64,000 nt of DNA, from NCBI RefSeq assembly GCF_009914755.1, contig NC_060930.1. One strand, 5' to 3'. Every line of letters begins with the position of its first letter. Within the stretch, counting starts at the first letter, position 1. The translations under genes were made by a program, and so were the position numbers. The stretch is from the human T2T-CHM13v2.0 reference genome, Homo sapiens. Below the pieces are notes generated by a model. The model saw nothing but the letters and a program-made list of their open reading frames with translations. It had not been told where the DNA came from and made no database searches. Below, one piece after another: positions 1-13,822 of this stretch.

Positions 1-99
1 CAATTTAATAGCCAATGAGAGTTCTCTTCACAAAAAAAGAAGTAAATAGTTTTCTACAAAAATACTGTAGCTCTGCCTATGTTCATATTCTCTCTAGGG

Positions 100-331
100 T
101 AGGAGTCAGCAAACTACAGCCCAGAGACCAAACCAGTCCTCTTCTTGTTTTGGTAAATAAAAAGTTTTATTGGAAGACAGTCATACCTATTTGTTTACCA
201 ATGGCTCAATGCCATTTACCAATGCTGTTTCAACAACAGCAGGGTTGTGAAGGTGAGACAGAAACCGTATGGGCCACAGAGCAAAAGTACTTACTGTGGA
301 GCTCTTTTTAGAATAAGTTTGCTGACTCCTG
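100..331 (+). mobile_element. MER58A-like hAT-Charlie MITE
   Basis: 16-bp TIRs taggagtcagcaaact / agtttgctgactcctg (15/16). Degenerate 8-bp TSD ctctaggg/ctttagaa. Internal gtaaataaaaagttttattggaa matches MER58. Confidence 0.85.
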
Positions 332-2549
332 CTTTAGAAGATCTTAAAGGTAACTCTGGCTCAAGGGATTCCTCTATTACTTGTCCTCCTAAACTGCAGA
401 GGCATCAACATGGTCAGTGGCATCCTCTCAATACTTATTCACTCATAGTCCAAGGGTATTCTCAAGATCAAACAAGTCTCAGGGGAATATATGTTCTTTC
501 CACTACATAAGGCCTCTAACTACCATATCACCTGATTATTCTTCTTTCTGCAGTTTGCTACACAGTGTTCACATCTCTGATATTACCTCAGTTCTGACAA
601 GAGATGCAGGGATGTGATTTATAGCAAAGCAAGCAATCATAAAAAATACCCCAAATGAGCCTCAGTGTAGCTCAAATATTTATGCAAACTTTCATGATAA
701 CTCATGTTAACCAGTTTGGTGAAATATTATTAGATAGAAAGTAACCTACTTTTCCTTCACTCAGCAAGCAGTCTTGTTACAAAATTACATAACGTGCCTT
801 AATTAGCAGAAATTATTCTATAACAATATAGCAAACTTTAAGTAGGTAGACTAAATTTAGACATTAAAAATTTATAGGGAACCATCATTAGGAAACCCAT
901 ACATGGTATCCACAGCTGTTGACTGATACTCTATTCCCTTTTCTTAGAATAAAGTCACTTCTTGCTGCTTGCACCTTCTGTTTCCCAGGCCTCTTCCTCA
1001 GACACAAGATCTTACAAGATACTAGGAACTCTTTCAATTCTTCCTTAAACAAATATTCATTACTCCTCTGCTCTTCAGACACGGCTTTCAATTTATTTCC
1101 TCCCCTTATTTCTGTCTTTGATAAGATTTTGCTAGGAAGCAACTGGCCTAGTCTTCTATGTTGCCTGTCCAGTTTCCTCCTCACAGGTGGGCTTTTAAAC
1201 CCCAGGAAAAGGAGCACTCCATGAATTCACCATCAGATCCTTGATGAAATGCACAAAATCCCTTTTATTGTATATAGTTACACTCTTGTCTTTTCTATCT
1301 TTTTGTTTAACTTTTTATCTTCTCTAGAATGCCGTGCCATAGTCAAGTTCTGGGTTACCGCCCCATTGGTTAGATAATTTCATTGATCAAAATAAGAAGA
1401 TAAGCTTTCATTTTAATGGAATGAAATGCAATATATCTAAAAAGAGCAGATATGAAAATATTAGAGTGTCCCACTTACTAGAGTACACACAATTTTAGAT
1501 ATCATTGCACGTGTATTATACTGTATATTTTATACATACACACGTATATAATGGCTATAATGTAAAATAATATTTTTTTTGGCTAACATCAAATATATTT
1601 AGAAGCTACTGTTCAGGTGTCTTTCCTCCCCTTCCTACTTTATTTTTAAAAGTTCTTTCATTTCATCATTACATTAGGAGTTATATTAGATGAGTCAGGC
1701 TTTAAGACTCCAGATAATATTTGAGAGCCAAAAATCACCCTTAAAGATTACTTTGTTATTTTAACTGTTCCTTTAGATCAATTTAGTTGAACAACTGTTA
1801 TATCTGTTTTTGGCCCAAACACAGGAGGAAACTTCTACAATGTGAAATAAAATGCCACCGAAGGGCTAGAAATTTAATTACTAATTAAGGTCTTTATATT
1901 TATAAATTAATCATGTAATGGCTACCTCAGTATAATTCTAAAATGAACATTGATTTAACATTTGTAACTCTCTTACTCATAATGCACAGGCTTAATTAGA
2001 TCATTGTTTTTAAGCAACTAAGTAAATTATTCTTTGAAACTGAAGTAATATATTTTAGAAGGAAGTTTAAACAAATAATATTTCCAAATAATTGAAAAAA
2101 GCATTATTTCCACTGATGTAGAAATCCACAGTCTCTCTCAACTATTGTAGATAATGGCAATGACAATCCAGTCAAATGAACTTAATTACATTCTGATACT
2201 ATAGTAATTTGTGGTTCATGAGACAATGCACAGCTAAGACTCTGGCTTTTATGAATACCTTTTATCATTTCCTCCTAAAACTCCAATTAACTGACTTGGT
2301 AAAACTGTATTTTTAAAAAAATTTGTCAATAAGGTAAAGAGTTTTCTATCACTTAAAAAATCCTTTGTTTTCTTTTTCAAATAGATCACAGTACAATCCT
2401 GACTTTTATCTTCACATTTTCAAGACCCACATTTGTCATTCATCAGTGACATTATTGAATCTTGTTCTCTTTGTCTGAATGTAACTTGAATTAGATGATT
2501 TCTGGGGACCCTTTCAATTTTTAAAATGCTTACTCTAACTCATAAGACA

Positions 2550-3030
2550 CTATGACCTGGATCTGCCTGTCTCTGTAAACTGCCTAATGCCACTCGCTAC
2601 CTGAGTCATGAGGCCCCAGTCATGGGTTGGCCAACAACCCCAACAGACATCAAGCTGCTCCCCAGGTGATGCCCTTGCCCAGGTTCTTCCATTCATCTTG
2701 AGCACTCTTTCCTTGGTCCACCTTGCTAGATCCTGCATATGAACCAGACCTCACCTAAATGCACGCTCTTCAGGAAAGCTTTCATCGATCTTCCTTACTT
2801 AAGTAGGCCCCACCCTACTCTCTATCCTAAGACCTTGTCTCCTACTTTCCTTCCATACATCAGAATATGCCCCCTATTCCCCAACAATGTAATTTTGTCT
2901 TACTAGGATGTAAGTTCCATGAGAACAAAAAACTTTTCTATATTATTTTATCATTATTTTCTCATCAGAGAGCATAGTTTTTGGTATGTAGGATAGCAAT
3001 AAATTTTTGTTTAAATAAGTTGTTGAAGTA
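2550..3030 (+). mobile_element. L2 LINE 3' fragment
   Basis: Degenerate L2 3' end: ctaggatgtaagttccatgag...caataaatttttgtt. Confidence 0.6.
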
Positions 3031-3299
3031 ATAATTGAATTATGTAAGTTAACGATGTTAATGCCTTTGAAAGTTAAATGCCTTTGAAAAATCTTTTTAA
3101 AGGTATTCCCTCTATGATGCCTATCTCCTGCTCTCAGATCCAGGTTGGAGGACAGGATTTTACAATTGTCTCTTTATCCTATAATATTCAGTGACCAAAT
3201 GTTAAATCAAGATGCTGGCTATTTCCTTATTCATTTTGCAGTTGTCTAGACATGGACTTTCTTCTTTCTTTATTGTTTCATTTTCAAAGTAGCCTCCTA

Positions 3300-3424
3300 A
3301 TTAATTTATTTATTAATATTGGCAGTAAGCTCTTATTATGTATTAAGCATTATTCTAAATGCAAGAACAATAGCAATTAATAAAACAGACAAAAATCTTT
3401 GCTTTCATGAAGTTTCCACTCGAG
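3300..3424 (-). mobile_element. L2 3' end fragment
   Basis: aaaacagacaaaaatctttgctttcatgaagttt resembles the reverse complement of the L2 3' end. Confidence 0.55.
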
Positions 3425-3427
3425 TTT

Positions 3428-3549
3428 CTAAACATAAACTTCCTTAAAGAGTAAGAATACATGTTATTAGCCTTTATTTCCCTAGAAGCATCTGGTATGA
3501 TGTCTTGCACATAATGAACAATCAAAAAATGTTTTTTGAAATAAATGAG
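3428..3549 (+). mobile_element. L2 3' end fragment
   Basis: ...atgtcttgcacataatgaacaatcaaaaaatgttttttgaaataaatga is an L2 tail. Confidence 0.55.
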
Positions 3550-4523
3550 ATGTTAGCCAGAGTAATTATGCAAGTTAAAAAAAAAGCACACAAATTGGAA
3601 AGAAAAAAGTAAAATTACCCTTGTGAAAAATGGATATAATATTGTATGTAGAAAATTCACTGAGATTCTACACACACACACCCTCACAAAATTGTTAGAA
3701 CTAACATAAAAATTTAACAAAGCAACATAATATAAAGTCAACACATAATAATAATCAGTTGTATTGCTGGACACTAACAATAAGCAATCTGAAAAGGTAA
3801 TTACAAAAGCACATTTATTTACAACAGGATCAAAAAGAATAAGATACTTAGGAATTAACCTAGAAGGGGAAAGACTTCTACAGTAAAAATTATAAAAGCA
3901 TTGTCAAAGGAAATTAAAGAAGATATAAATAAATATAGACACATCTCATGTTCATGGGTTGGAAGACTTAATAAGCTGTTCATACTACTTAAAACAATCT
4001 ATGGATTCAGTGCAATTTCTATTAAAATGCCAATGATTTTTTTTTTTGCAGAAATAAAGAAATAGAAAAGCTCATCCTAAAATGCATATGCAATCTCAAG
4101 GAACCCTGATCAGCCTAAACAATCTTGAAAAACAAGAATAAAGCTGGAGGATTCACCCTCAGTGATTTCAAAACTTACTACAAAGCTACAGTAACCCAAA
4201 CAGTGAGGTACTGGCATAAAGACAGATATATAGTCCAATGGAATAGAATAGAGCCCAGAAGTAAACTCTCACATATATGGTCCAATAATCTTTGGCAGAA
4301 TGTCAACTTATTCAATGGAGAAAGGTCATCTTTTTTAACAAATAGTCCTAGGAAAACTGGATATCTATGTACAAATCAATAAAGTTGAATCCTTATATAA
4401 CACTGTATTTAAAAAATAATTAAAAATGGATCAGAGACCTAAATTTAACACCTAAAACTATCAAATTATAAGAAAAAAACATAGGGCAAAGGGTTCACAG
4501 CATTCAATTTAGAAGTGATTTCT

Positions 4524-4696
4524 AATGTAGATGATGGGTTGATGGGTGCAGCAAACCACCATGGTGCACGTACACCTATGTAACAAACCTGCACGTTCTG
4601 CACATGTATCCCAGAACTTAAAGTATAATTTAAAATAAATAAAATAAAATAAAAATAATGAAATAAAATACAAAAGAGTTGACATCAAAAAAATAA
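4524..4696 (+). mobile_element. 5'-truncated L1PA7/8-like 3' end with TSD
   Basis: gatgggtgcagcaaaccaccatgg...cccagaacttaaagtataat. TSD aagtgatttct at 4513-4523 and 4697-4707. Confidence 0.9.
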
Positions 4697-4763
4697 AAGT
4701 GATTTCTTAGTTATCACTTTTAAGATATTATTTTAAAGATATACTTTTAAAAAATCTTTTTAA

Positions 4764-5090
<327 letters not shown>

Positions 5091-5404
5091 AAGGAATAGG
5101 CAACAAAAGAAAAAATTAAACTTCATGAAATTTTTGAAATTTGTGTACATTAAAATACACTATCGACAGAGTGAAGAGGCAAAAAACAATGGAATAAAAT
5201 ATTGCAAATCATATATTTTATAAAAAAAAACTAGAATATATAGAGTACTCCTAAAACTCAACAGTGAAAAGCAAACAACCTGATTAAAAAATCAGCAAAG
5301 AACTTGAATAAACATTTCTCCAAAGATGACATACAAATGGCCAATGAGCACATGAAAAGATGCTCAACAATATAAATCATTAGAAAAATGCAAATAAAAG
5401 GAGA

Positions 5405-6489
5405 CACTGGCAACCAAAGTAAACATGGCCAAAAGGGATCACATCAGATTTAAAAGCTTCTGCACAGCAAAGGTTACAACCAACAAAGTGAAGAGATAAC
5501 CCACAGAATGAGGGAAAATATTTGCAAAGTACTCCTGTGACAAGGGATTAATAACCAGAATATATAAAGATTTCAAACAACTCTATAGGAAAAACATTTA
5601 ATAATCTGACCAAAAAAATGGGCAAAATATTTGAATGGACATTTCTCAAAAGAAGATATAAAAGTGTCAAACAGACATATAAAAATGTGCTCAACATCAC
5701 TGATCATCAGAGAAATGCAAATCAAAACTACAATGAGATATAATCCCACCCCAGTTAAAATGGTTTGTATTCAAAAGACAGACAATAACAAATGCTGGTG
5801 AGGATGTGGAGAAAAGGAAACCCTGATACCCTGTTGGTGGGAATGTAAATTAGTACAACCACTGTGGAAAAAGTTTGGAAGTTTCTCAAAAAATTAAAAA
5901 TTGAGCTACCATATGATCCAGCAATCCCAGTGCTGGGTATATACCCAAAACAAAGGAAATCAGTATACCAAAGAGATATCTGCACTCCTATGTTTGTTGC
6001 AGCATTGTTTAAAATAGCTAAGATTTGGAAGCAAATTATGTGTTCATCAGCAGATAAATGGATAAAGAAAATATTGTACATCTACACAATAGAGTACTAT
6101 TTAATCATATAAAAGAATGAGATCCAGTCATTTGCAACAACATGGATGGAACTGAAGATAACTACGTCAAGTAAGTCAGGTGCAGAAAGGCAAATATCAC
6201 GTTCTCACTTATTTGTGGGATTTAAAAATAAATCATTTGAACTCAAGGACGTAGAAAGTAGAAGTATTGTACCAGAGGCTGGGAAGAGTAGTGGGGGTTG
6301 TAGGGGAGTTGGGGATGGTTAATGGGTACAAAAAAAAAAAAGAAAAAATAAATAAGACCTAGTATTAGGGTGACTATAATCAATAATAATTGTATTTTTA
6401 AAATAACTTTAAAATATAAGTGGATTATTTGTAACACAAAGGATAAATGCTTGAGAGGATGGATACCCTACTCTCAATGATGTGCTTAT
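5405..6489 (+). mobile_element. L1MA1-3-like LINE (ORF2 C-terminus and 3' UTR)
   Basis: ORF2 remnant [20 protein letters not shown] (5864-6112). L1MA 3' UTR gtaacacaaaggataaatgcttgagaggatggatac is cut by an LTR. Confidence 0.85.
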
Positions 6490-7030
6490 TTTAAGAGTTA
6501 AAGAATGAGGAAAGAAACACAAAAAGTGGCTCAACAGTGAAATACTGTTTAGGATTTCTGGCCGATTTCAGTCAGGAGCACTCTCTTATAGACTAAGAGT
6601 ATTTATTGGTTTCAGGGTGAGAGAGTTATCTTGCAACCCAGGCCTGGAATGTTTCCGTGTGGGGGAGAAGTTGATGGTGGAGTTGGAATGTCTGAGGGGA
6701 GGTTATCTTGGGGCTGACATCTCTCTGACCAGAGAGGAGGTTATCTTAGGGCAGGCCTGTCTCTGGTAGGGGAGGGGTTTATCTTATGTTTGGAATGTTT
6801 CTGGTCATAGATGTTATTTGTGACTTATGGTCAAGCTGACCTTAGCCATTAGGCTGATGCCCTTTGGATTTAGGCAGTTTTTGATCAAGGTGAACTTTAA
6901 AATGGCAGCGCTTGTCCAAGATGGTGACGCTCCTCGCTCCTGCTCTGTAAATCCATCCCTATAGTTATAAAAAGGACCAGGGGGCGTGTTCTTTCTGGCT
7001 ACTTCCTGCTGATGAGGGAATGGAGAGTTT
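6490..7030 (-). mobile_element. MER61-like ERV1 3' LTR (6490-6950) plus ~80 bp of internal sequence
   Basis: Reverse complement begins ttacagagcaggagc...gtcaccatcttggacaag and ends ttctttaactcttaa. The adjacent cagcaggaagtagccagaaag is typical of ERV1 internal 3' ends. Confidence 0.7.
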
Positions 7031-7354
7031 CCACTGTTGGTGGAAATGTAAAAATAGTATAGCCACTGTGGAAAGTAGTACAGAAGTTCCTCAAAACATT
7101 AAAAATAGAATTACTATATTATGCAGCAAGTTCACATCTGGATATATACAAAAAGATGGAAGCAATAGAAGTATCCATTGAAAGATGAATAGATAACAAA
7201 ATGTTATATATACATACAATGGACTATTATTCAGCCTTAAAAAGGAAGGAAATTTTGACATATGCTACAAGATGGATGAACTTTGAGGACATCATGCTAA
7301 GTGAAATAAGCCAGCCGCAAAAAGACAAATACTATATTATTCCACTTATATGAG

Positions 7355-7933
7355 TGTATTCATTAAGTTTCTCCGGAGGAACAGAACTAATAGCATACAT
7401 GTGTATATTAAAGGGCATTTATTAAGGAAAATTGACTCACAGGATCACAAGGTGAAGTCCCACAATACACCGTCTGCAAGCTGAGGAGGTAGGAAAGCAG
7501 TAGTGGCTCAGTCTGAGTCCAAAAGCCTCAAAAGTAGGGAAGCCAACAGTGCAGCCTTCAGTTTATGGCCACAGGCCTGAGAGCCCCCGGCAAACCATGG
7601 GTGTAAGTCCAAGAGTCTAAAGGCCAAAGAACCTGGAGTCTGCTGTCCAAGGGTAGGAAGCATCCAGCATGGGAGAAAGATGAAAGACAGAACTCAGCAA
7701 GCCAGTTTATCCCTTCTTCCTCTGTCTGATTTGTTCTAGCCACACTGGCAGCTGATTGGATGGTGCCCACCCACACTAAGGGTGGGTCTTCCTCTCCCAG
7801 TCCACTGACTCAAATGATAATCTCCTCTGGCAATACCCTCACGGATACACCCAGAAACCACATTTTACCAGCTATCTAGGCATCCTTCATCCTTCAAATC
7901 CAATCAAGTTGACACCTAATATTAACCATCACA
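7355..7933 (-). mobile_element. MLT2A (HERV-L) solo LTR
   Basis: tgtatt...ttaaccatcaca termini. 5-bp TSD atgag at 7350-7354 and 7934-7938. Confidence 0.9.
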
Positions 7934-8389
7934 ATGAGGTAGCTAAAGTAGTCAAAAATCATACAGACAGAAAGTAGAATGGTGGTCTCCAAGGGCTGGA
8001 AGGGGACGGGAAATGGGGAGTTATTGTTTCATGGGTTCAGAGTTTTAATGTTATAAGAAGAAAAGAATTATAAAGATGAATGGTAATAATGGTTGCAGGA
8101 ATATTCTGAATGTATTTAATACCACTGAACTATATACTTAAAAATAAGATGTAAATTTTGTATTATGTGTATTTTACCACAATAAAAAATAAATTATGGA
8201 AAATAACATAATAAAACATAACAAAATCAAATTGAAACTGCTAGTCTTGCAAACGGAGATCAAACAGCTTCAAATGAGGTTTGGAAAGCCATGGCTCAGA
8301 TTAACATATAGGATATTGTTTTTCACTTTTCTCATCACCACCTCCCTCCGTTCATCCCCTTCCAGCACATATAAAAACACTGAATATCG

Positions 8390-8728
<339 letters not shown>

Positions 8729-9034
8729 TCATTAAGTACAGGGCCCTGTACATTCTGCTTCCACCATGGCTTTATTTCTGTTCTTACTGCCACAACTCAA
8801 TCCAAATTCTAGACCCCTTTGGCTCATTCTCAATCTCTATAGCAAAATAACTTTCAATGTGTCCAGCTCTTCCAATCCATTTTACACTGTGTTGCCAGAT
8901 TAATGTTCCTGATTCCTAGTTTTCATCACTTTAGTAGTCTTCCCAATGTCTTCAGTATCTTTCTACTGCTTGTCTAATTCTGTGTAACTCTTAATCTATT
9001 GATCAAGAGTCCCCAAAGTATAATCTGAAATTAT

Positions 9035-9342
9035 TTTTTTCTTTGGTTTTAGAGACAGAGTTTCACTCTGTTGCTAAGGCTGGAGTGCAGTGGTACAATC
9101 ATAGCTCTCTGTAACCTAGAACTCCCGGGTCAAGCGGTTCTCCCACCTCAGCCTTCCAAGTAGCTAGGACTATTAGCACACACCACCATGCCCAGCGAAT
9201 TTTTAAAAAATCGTTTCCTAGAGAAAGGATCTCACTATGTTGCCCAGGCAGGTCTCTAAGTCCTGGACTCAAGTGATCCTCCCATCTTGGCCTCCTAAGG
9301 TGCCAGGATTACATGTGCAAGCCATGGCCACAGTACCTGGCC
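9035..9342 (-). mobile_element. AluJ
   Basis: Diverged full Alu on the minus strand. TSD tgaaatta(t/c)tttt. Confidence 0.9.
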
Positions 9343-9994
9343 TGAAATTACTTTTTAAGCTTACATTTTACCATTTTTCTTTGAATTTTTTTATAATCTA
9401 TCTAATTAGAACTACATTACCCAATCCTCTTCTGACTGACCTCTCATAACACACACTCATGTACACATACACATTTTTAAAATTCCCATTGGAAAAATAG
9501 TAACTGTATTTATTAAAGACACAGGTACCACACTGCTTGCCTCAGAGAGTTGTTACTAGAATTAAATGACTTGGTACATGCAAAGTTCCTATAACAGTGA
9601 GTGGCTGAAAATATACTATCAAGAAACATTACATAGTGTCAAAATTCTACTGATTTTTCAGAAATGGGAAGCCTTTTTAACCTCCCCAAATGGATGTGAT
9701 CATTTCTTTGAATCTTTCTGGTATTTTGTGGGCCATTTTATGGCATTTAATATGTTCTCTCTCATTTTTTCTCAAACCTGTGATTCTCTTTTCTTATACT
9801 ATTAAGTCCCTTAAAATTAGATAATCCGAGTAACTAATCTTTATATACAGCTTCTAAAATAATAGCTGGTACATACTTAGAGGTTAATACTAAATTTTTA
9901 AATAAAGAGAACCATACTGTTACTGGAAAAAGAACTTGTTTTACATATTTATAAACTTTCTATGTTCTATATCTTACCTACATGTATTTTAAAT

Positions 9995-10225
9995 CAGTGG
10001 TTCTCAATGGCAGATTGGAGATCCTTTATATAAAAATTATTTTCATAATAATACTAAGACATTGTTTGTCTTTTTCATTCTTATTCTCTCACAACTATTC
10101 AGTGAAGTTTTCCAGAGACTACATGTTATGTGACAATGTTGATAATGTGATAATAGAACAGATTGAATGCAAAAGCAAGTAAGAGAATTTAACTGTCTTC
10201 TCTTAAACATTTAAAGAAGCATTTA
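9995..10225. mobile_element. hAT-Charlie DNA transposon fragment
   Basis: Starts with the Charlie-type TIR cagtggttctcaa. Contains tttcataataatactaagac and ttttccagagactacatg. Confidence 0.6.
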
Positions 10226-10559
10226 TATCTTTAGAAACACCACACTTCAGAAGAGATGCTTTAATTTGTTTAATTTAATTTCAGACTGCTTAGTTTGGTT
10301 AATTCCATGGGCTTAAAACCCACTGTCTGGTTATTAGTGTCCACAAAACAAGTGCTGAAGACAAAGATAAGCAGGAGTACCACCATAAGAATTCATTTAG
10401 GAGAGGTGCACTTTGGTCATGAAAAAAAGGAAAAGGATATTTGGAAGAAGCAAAAAATTGTGAAAAATAATCAGTGTTATATCAAAATGCTTGGGTTATA
10501 CTCTGATTTTCTACCTCTAGGTCATTTCAATCCTACAATTTTCTAAGGCATTATGTGCA

Positions 10560-10925
10560 ATTGGATTAACAATGAGTTTGAAATCAGAGAAGGTATAAGT
10601 TGGAATTGTGGCTATTTATATTTGGCCAAGTTCTTTAGAATCTTCAATTCTCTGTTTCATTAGTAATTGGAAATAATAATAATAATTGCTAACACACATT
10701 ATTTACTTCTGCTAAAAGCTTTAGTCTTCATTTAATTTTTAAAACATAATAAAAAGTAAGACAGGCTTTACTATTATTGTTCTCAATTTACAAGTAAGAA
10801 AATTTAATTTTAGAAAGAAAAAGTAACAATGCAAAGGAACACAGATGATTAGTCTCTTAGCAGAGATTTAAATCTGTGCAATCTGGGTGGTCTAACTTAA
10901 GAACCCTCACTCAAACAGTTAATTG
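10560..10925. mobile_element. Two adjacent MIR fragments (+ then -)
   Basis: MIR core-like tctctgtttcattagtaattggaaataataat, followed by reverse-strand aatttacaagtaagaaaa...gcagagatttaaatc. Confidence 0.5.
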
Positions 10926-11369
10926 TAAAAAGTAAAAACATATTAATATTTACAAAGCTCATATAAATAAATAAATGAACTGTATCTGTTTTGGAGAAAA
11001 TCCTTTGTAAACTTAAAAAAATGCCTGAATGATAATTATTATGACTTTAAGTTTTCTGTTTATTTCCTGTGATGTCATTTTCTTCTAAAATGTAAGTTTA
11101 TTGATATTTATGCCAGTGATTTTTGTTAATAAAATGCATGGTATATAAGGGGCTTTGAGAAACCTTCCAGAAAAGGAACATTAAGTGTGTCTGTGTGTGT
11201 TGGGGCGGGGGGGTGTGGTGTGTATGTGTTTGTGTAATTAATCCAGTTTCTCAAAATGATTCAATAATGGCAACCTTTATATCTATAACATTAATTTCTA
11301 AACCAAAGCATTACTATTCAGCAGAATGCATAAACTGACCTAAGCATTTACCCCATATTATTAAAAGCT

Positions 11370-11907
11370 GTCATAAACAATGTTTTTAATTAATGTATAC
11401 CTTTCCATTAGGTAGATATAACATGATTCTCACAGTTTTTCTCCTTTACCGGAGTATAGTTTGATCTTAATTTTCAGCTTTTATAAATAACGCTAATATG
11501 AACATCCTTGAGTAGTTTTCCTCTGTATGGGGCATAAACCTTTTATAATAGTTTTTCAGCTCCACCTCAAACCGATTTGTAACAGTAGATGAGAATGTTC
11601 ATTGTGCTATGTCCTAATTTTCCAGTGCTCATTAACCTTACTTAAAAACACACAATTTTGTTTGTTTGATAGGCCTCAGAAATTTGAATTCACTGTTTTT
11701 TATCATTTGAGCTTTCTGGTTATAAATGAAGTTAATTTTTTTTTTAGTTTTATCAATTTGCATTTCCTCTTATGTAGTCTGCCTTTTTTGTATATGTTTA
11801 TTGACACTGTAGTTTTCTAATTATTTTTTATGAGAGATTTATATATATAAATACATCTAGTCCCTTTTAGTCATATATATTTGTATTTACTGCTTTGTAA
11901 AACGTTC
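11370..11907 (-). mobile_element. L1ME-like fragment
   Basis: ataaataacgctaatatgaacatccttg and similar old L1 ORF2/3' motifs. Confidence 0.55.
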
Positions 11908-13822
11908 CTTGTCTATTGATTCTTTGACAGATAATAATTGTGTATATTTATGGGATACAATGTGATGTTTTGATGTACACATACAGTATTGGAAGATACA
12001 ATTAAGACAATTAATATATTCATCACCATATCAATTTATCCACTTTTGTGGTAATGTTAAGAATCTCTTCTTTTAGCGATTTTGAAATATAAAATTCATT
12101 ATTGTTAACTATGAACATCATGCAGTGCAACTAGAACATATTCCTCCAGTCTAACTGAAACTTTGTACCCTTTCATCAATGAAGAGTACAACTTAGTACC
12201 CTTTGATCCTCCTTTCCCCCACCTCATCCCAAGCCTCTGGTAACTACCTTTTTACTCTCTGCTTCTGTGAGTTCCTCTGTTTTTAGATTTGCCATGTAAA
12301 TCAGATCATATAAATGAGGTCATACAGACCATATTCGTCTTTCTGTGCTTGGCCTATTTAACTTAACATAATGTTGTCCAGTTTTATTCATGTTTCCTGA
12401 ATGACAGAATATCCTTATTGTCTAAGGTTGTATGGTATTCCATCATGCATATATACCACGTTTTTCTTTATCCATTCATTTGTTAATGGACACTTAGATT
12501 GCTTCCATATCTTGGCTATAGTGAATAATGCTGAAATCAATATGAGAGTGTAGATATCTCTTCAATATACCAGTTTCAATTCCTTTGGATATATACACAG
12601 AAGTGAAATCTGCTAGATCAAATGGTAATTCTATTTTTAGTTTTTGAGTAAACACTATACCATCTTCCAAAATGGCTATTCTTACTAATAGTGTACAAGT
12701 GTTCCCCTTTTTGTTCACATTCTCACCAACACATGTTACCTTTCATCTTTTTGATAACAGCCATTCTGAAAGGTATAGAGTCATATCTCACTGTGGTTTT
12801 AATTTGTATTTCCCTGATAGTTAGAGACTTTTAAGCATTTTAACATATTTTTGGCCCTTCATATTGCTTATTTGGAGAAATGCCTGTTAAGATCTTTTGT
12901 CCATCTTTTAATTATTTGATTTTTTTGATATTGACTTGTTTGAGCACCTTACACAGACACCTTATCAGATGTATGGTTTGCACATATTTTCCCTCAATAC
13001 TTGGTTTGCCTCTTCAATCTCTTGTTTCCTTTGCTGTGCAGAAGCATTTTTTATTATGATGTAATCCCATTTGTCTGTTTTTGCTTTTGTTGCCTTTGCT
13101 TTTAGAACCCTATCAAAGAAATAATTTCCAAGACCAATGTCATGGAGTTTTTTTGTGTGTGTATGTTCTCTTCTAGTAGTTTTACAATTTCAGGTCTTAA
13201 ATGTAAATATGTTATCTGTTTTAAGTTTATTTTTGTATATGTTGTGAAATAAAGGTCCAGTTTTATTTTTATTCATGCGAATATCATGTTTTCACAACAC
13301 TATTTATTGAAAAGACTGCCATTCCCCCATTGTATGTTTTTGAAACCTTTAATAAAAATCAATTGACTGTGAATAATTAAGTTTATTTCTGGGCTTCCTT
13401 TCCTTTCCATTAGTCTATGTCTTTTCCATTAGTCTGCTTTTATGCTGGTGCAATGCTGTTTTGATTACAATAGCTTTATAATATATTATGAAATAAGAAA
13501 ATGTGATGCCTCCAGTTTTGTTCTTTTAGCTCAAGATTTCTTTAGCTATTCACGATCTTTTCTGGTTTTAACCCAATTTTAGATTTTTTTTTTCTATTTC
13601 TGTGAAAAAAATGACACTAGCATTTTGAGAGAAATTTTATTGAATTTGTAGATCATGTTGGGTATTAGGGACATCATATTAATTATTTCAATCCATAAAC
13701 ATGGATAGCTTTCCATTTATTTGTGACTTCTTCAATTTCTTTCATCAATGTTTTATACTTTTCAGTGTATAGATCTTTTATCTTCTTTGTTAAATTTACT
13801 CCTAAGTGGTTTTTATGCTACT

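Noticed and set aside
888-1224. Overlapping ORFs of 109 aa (-) and 101 aa (+)
   Set aside because: Non-ATG starts, no recognisable domain, no splice context. This length is expected by chance in 64 kb.
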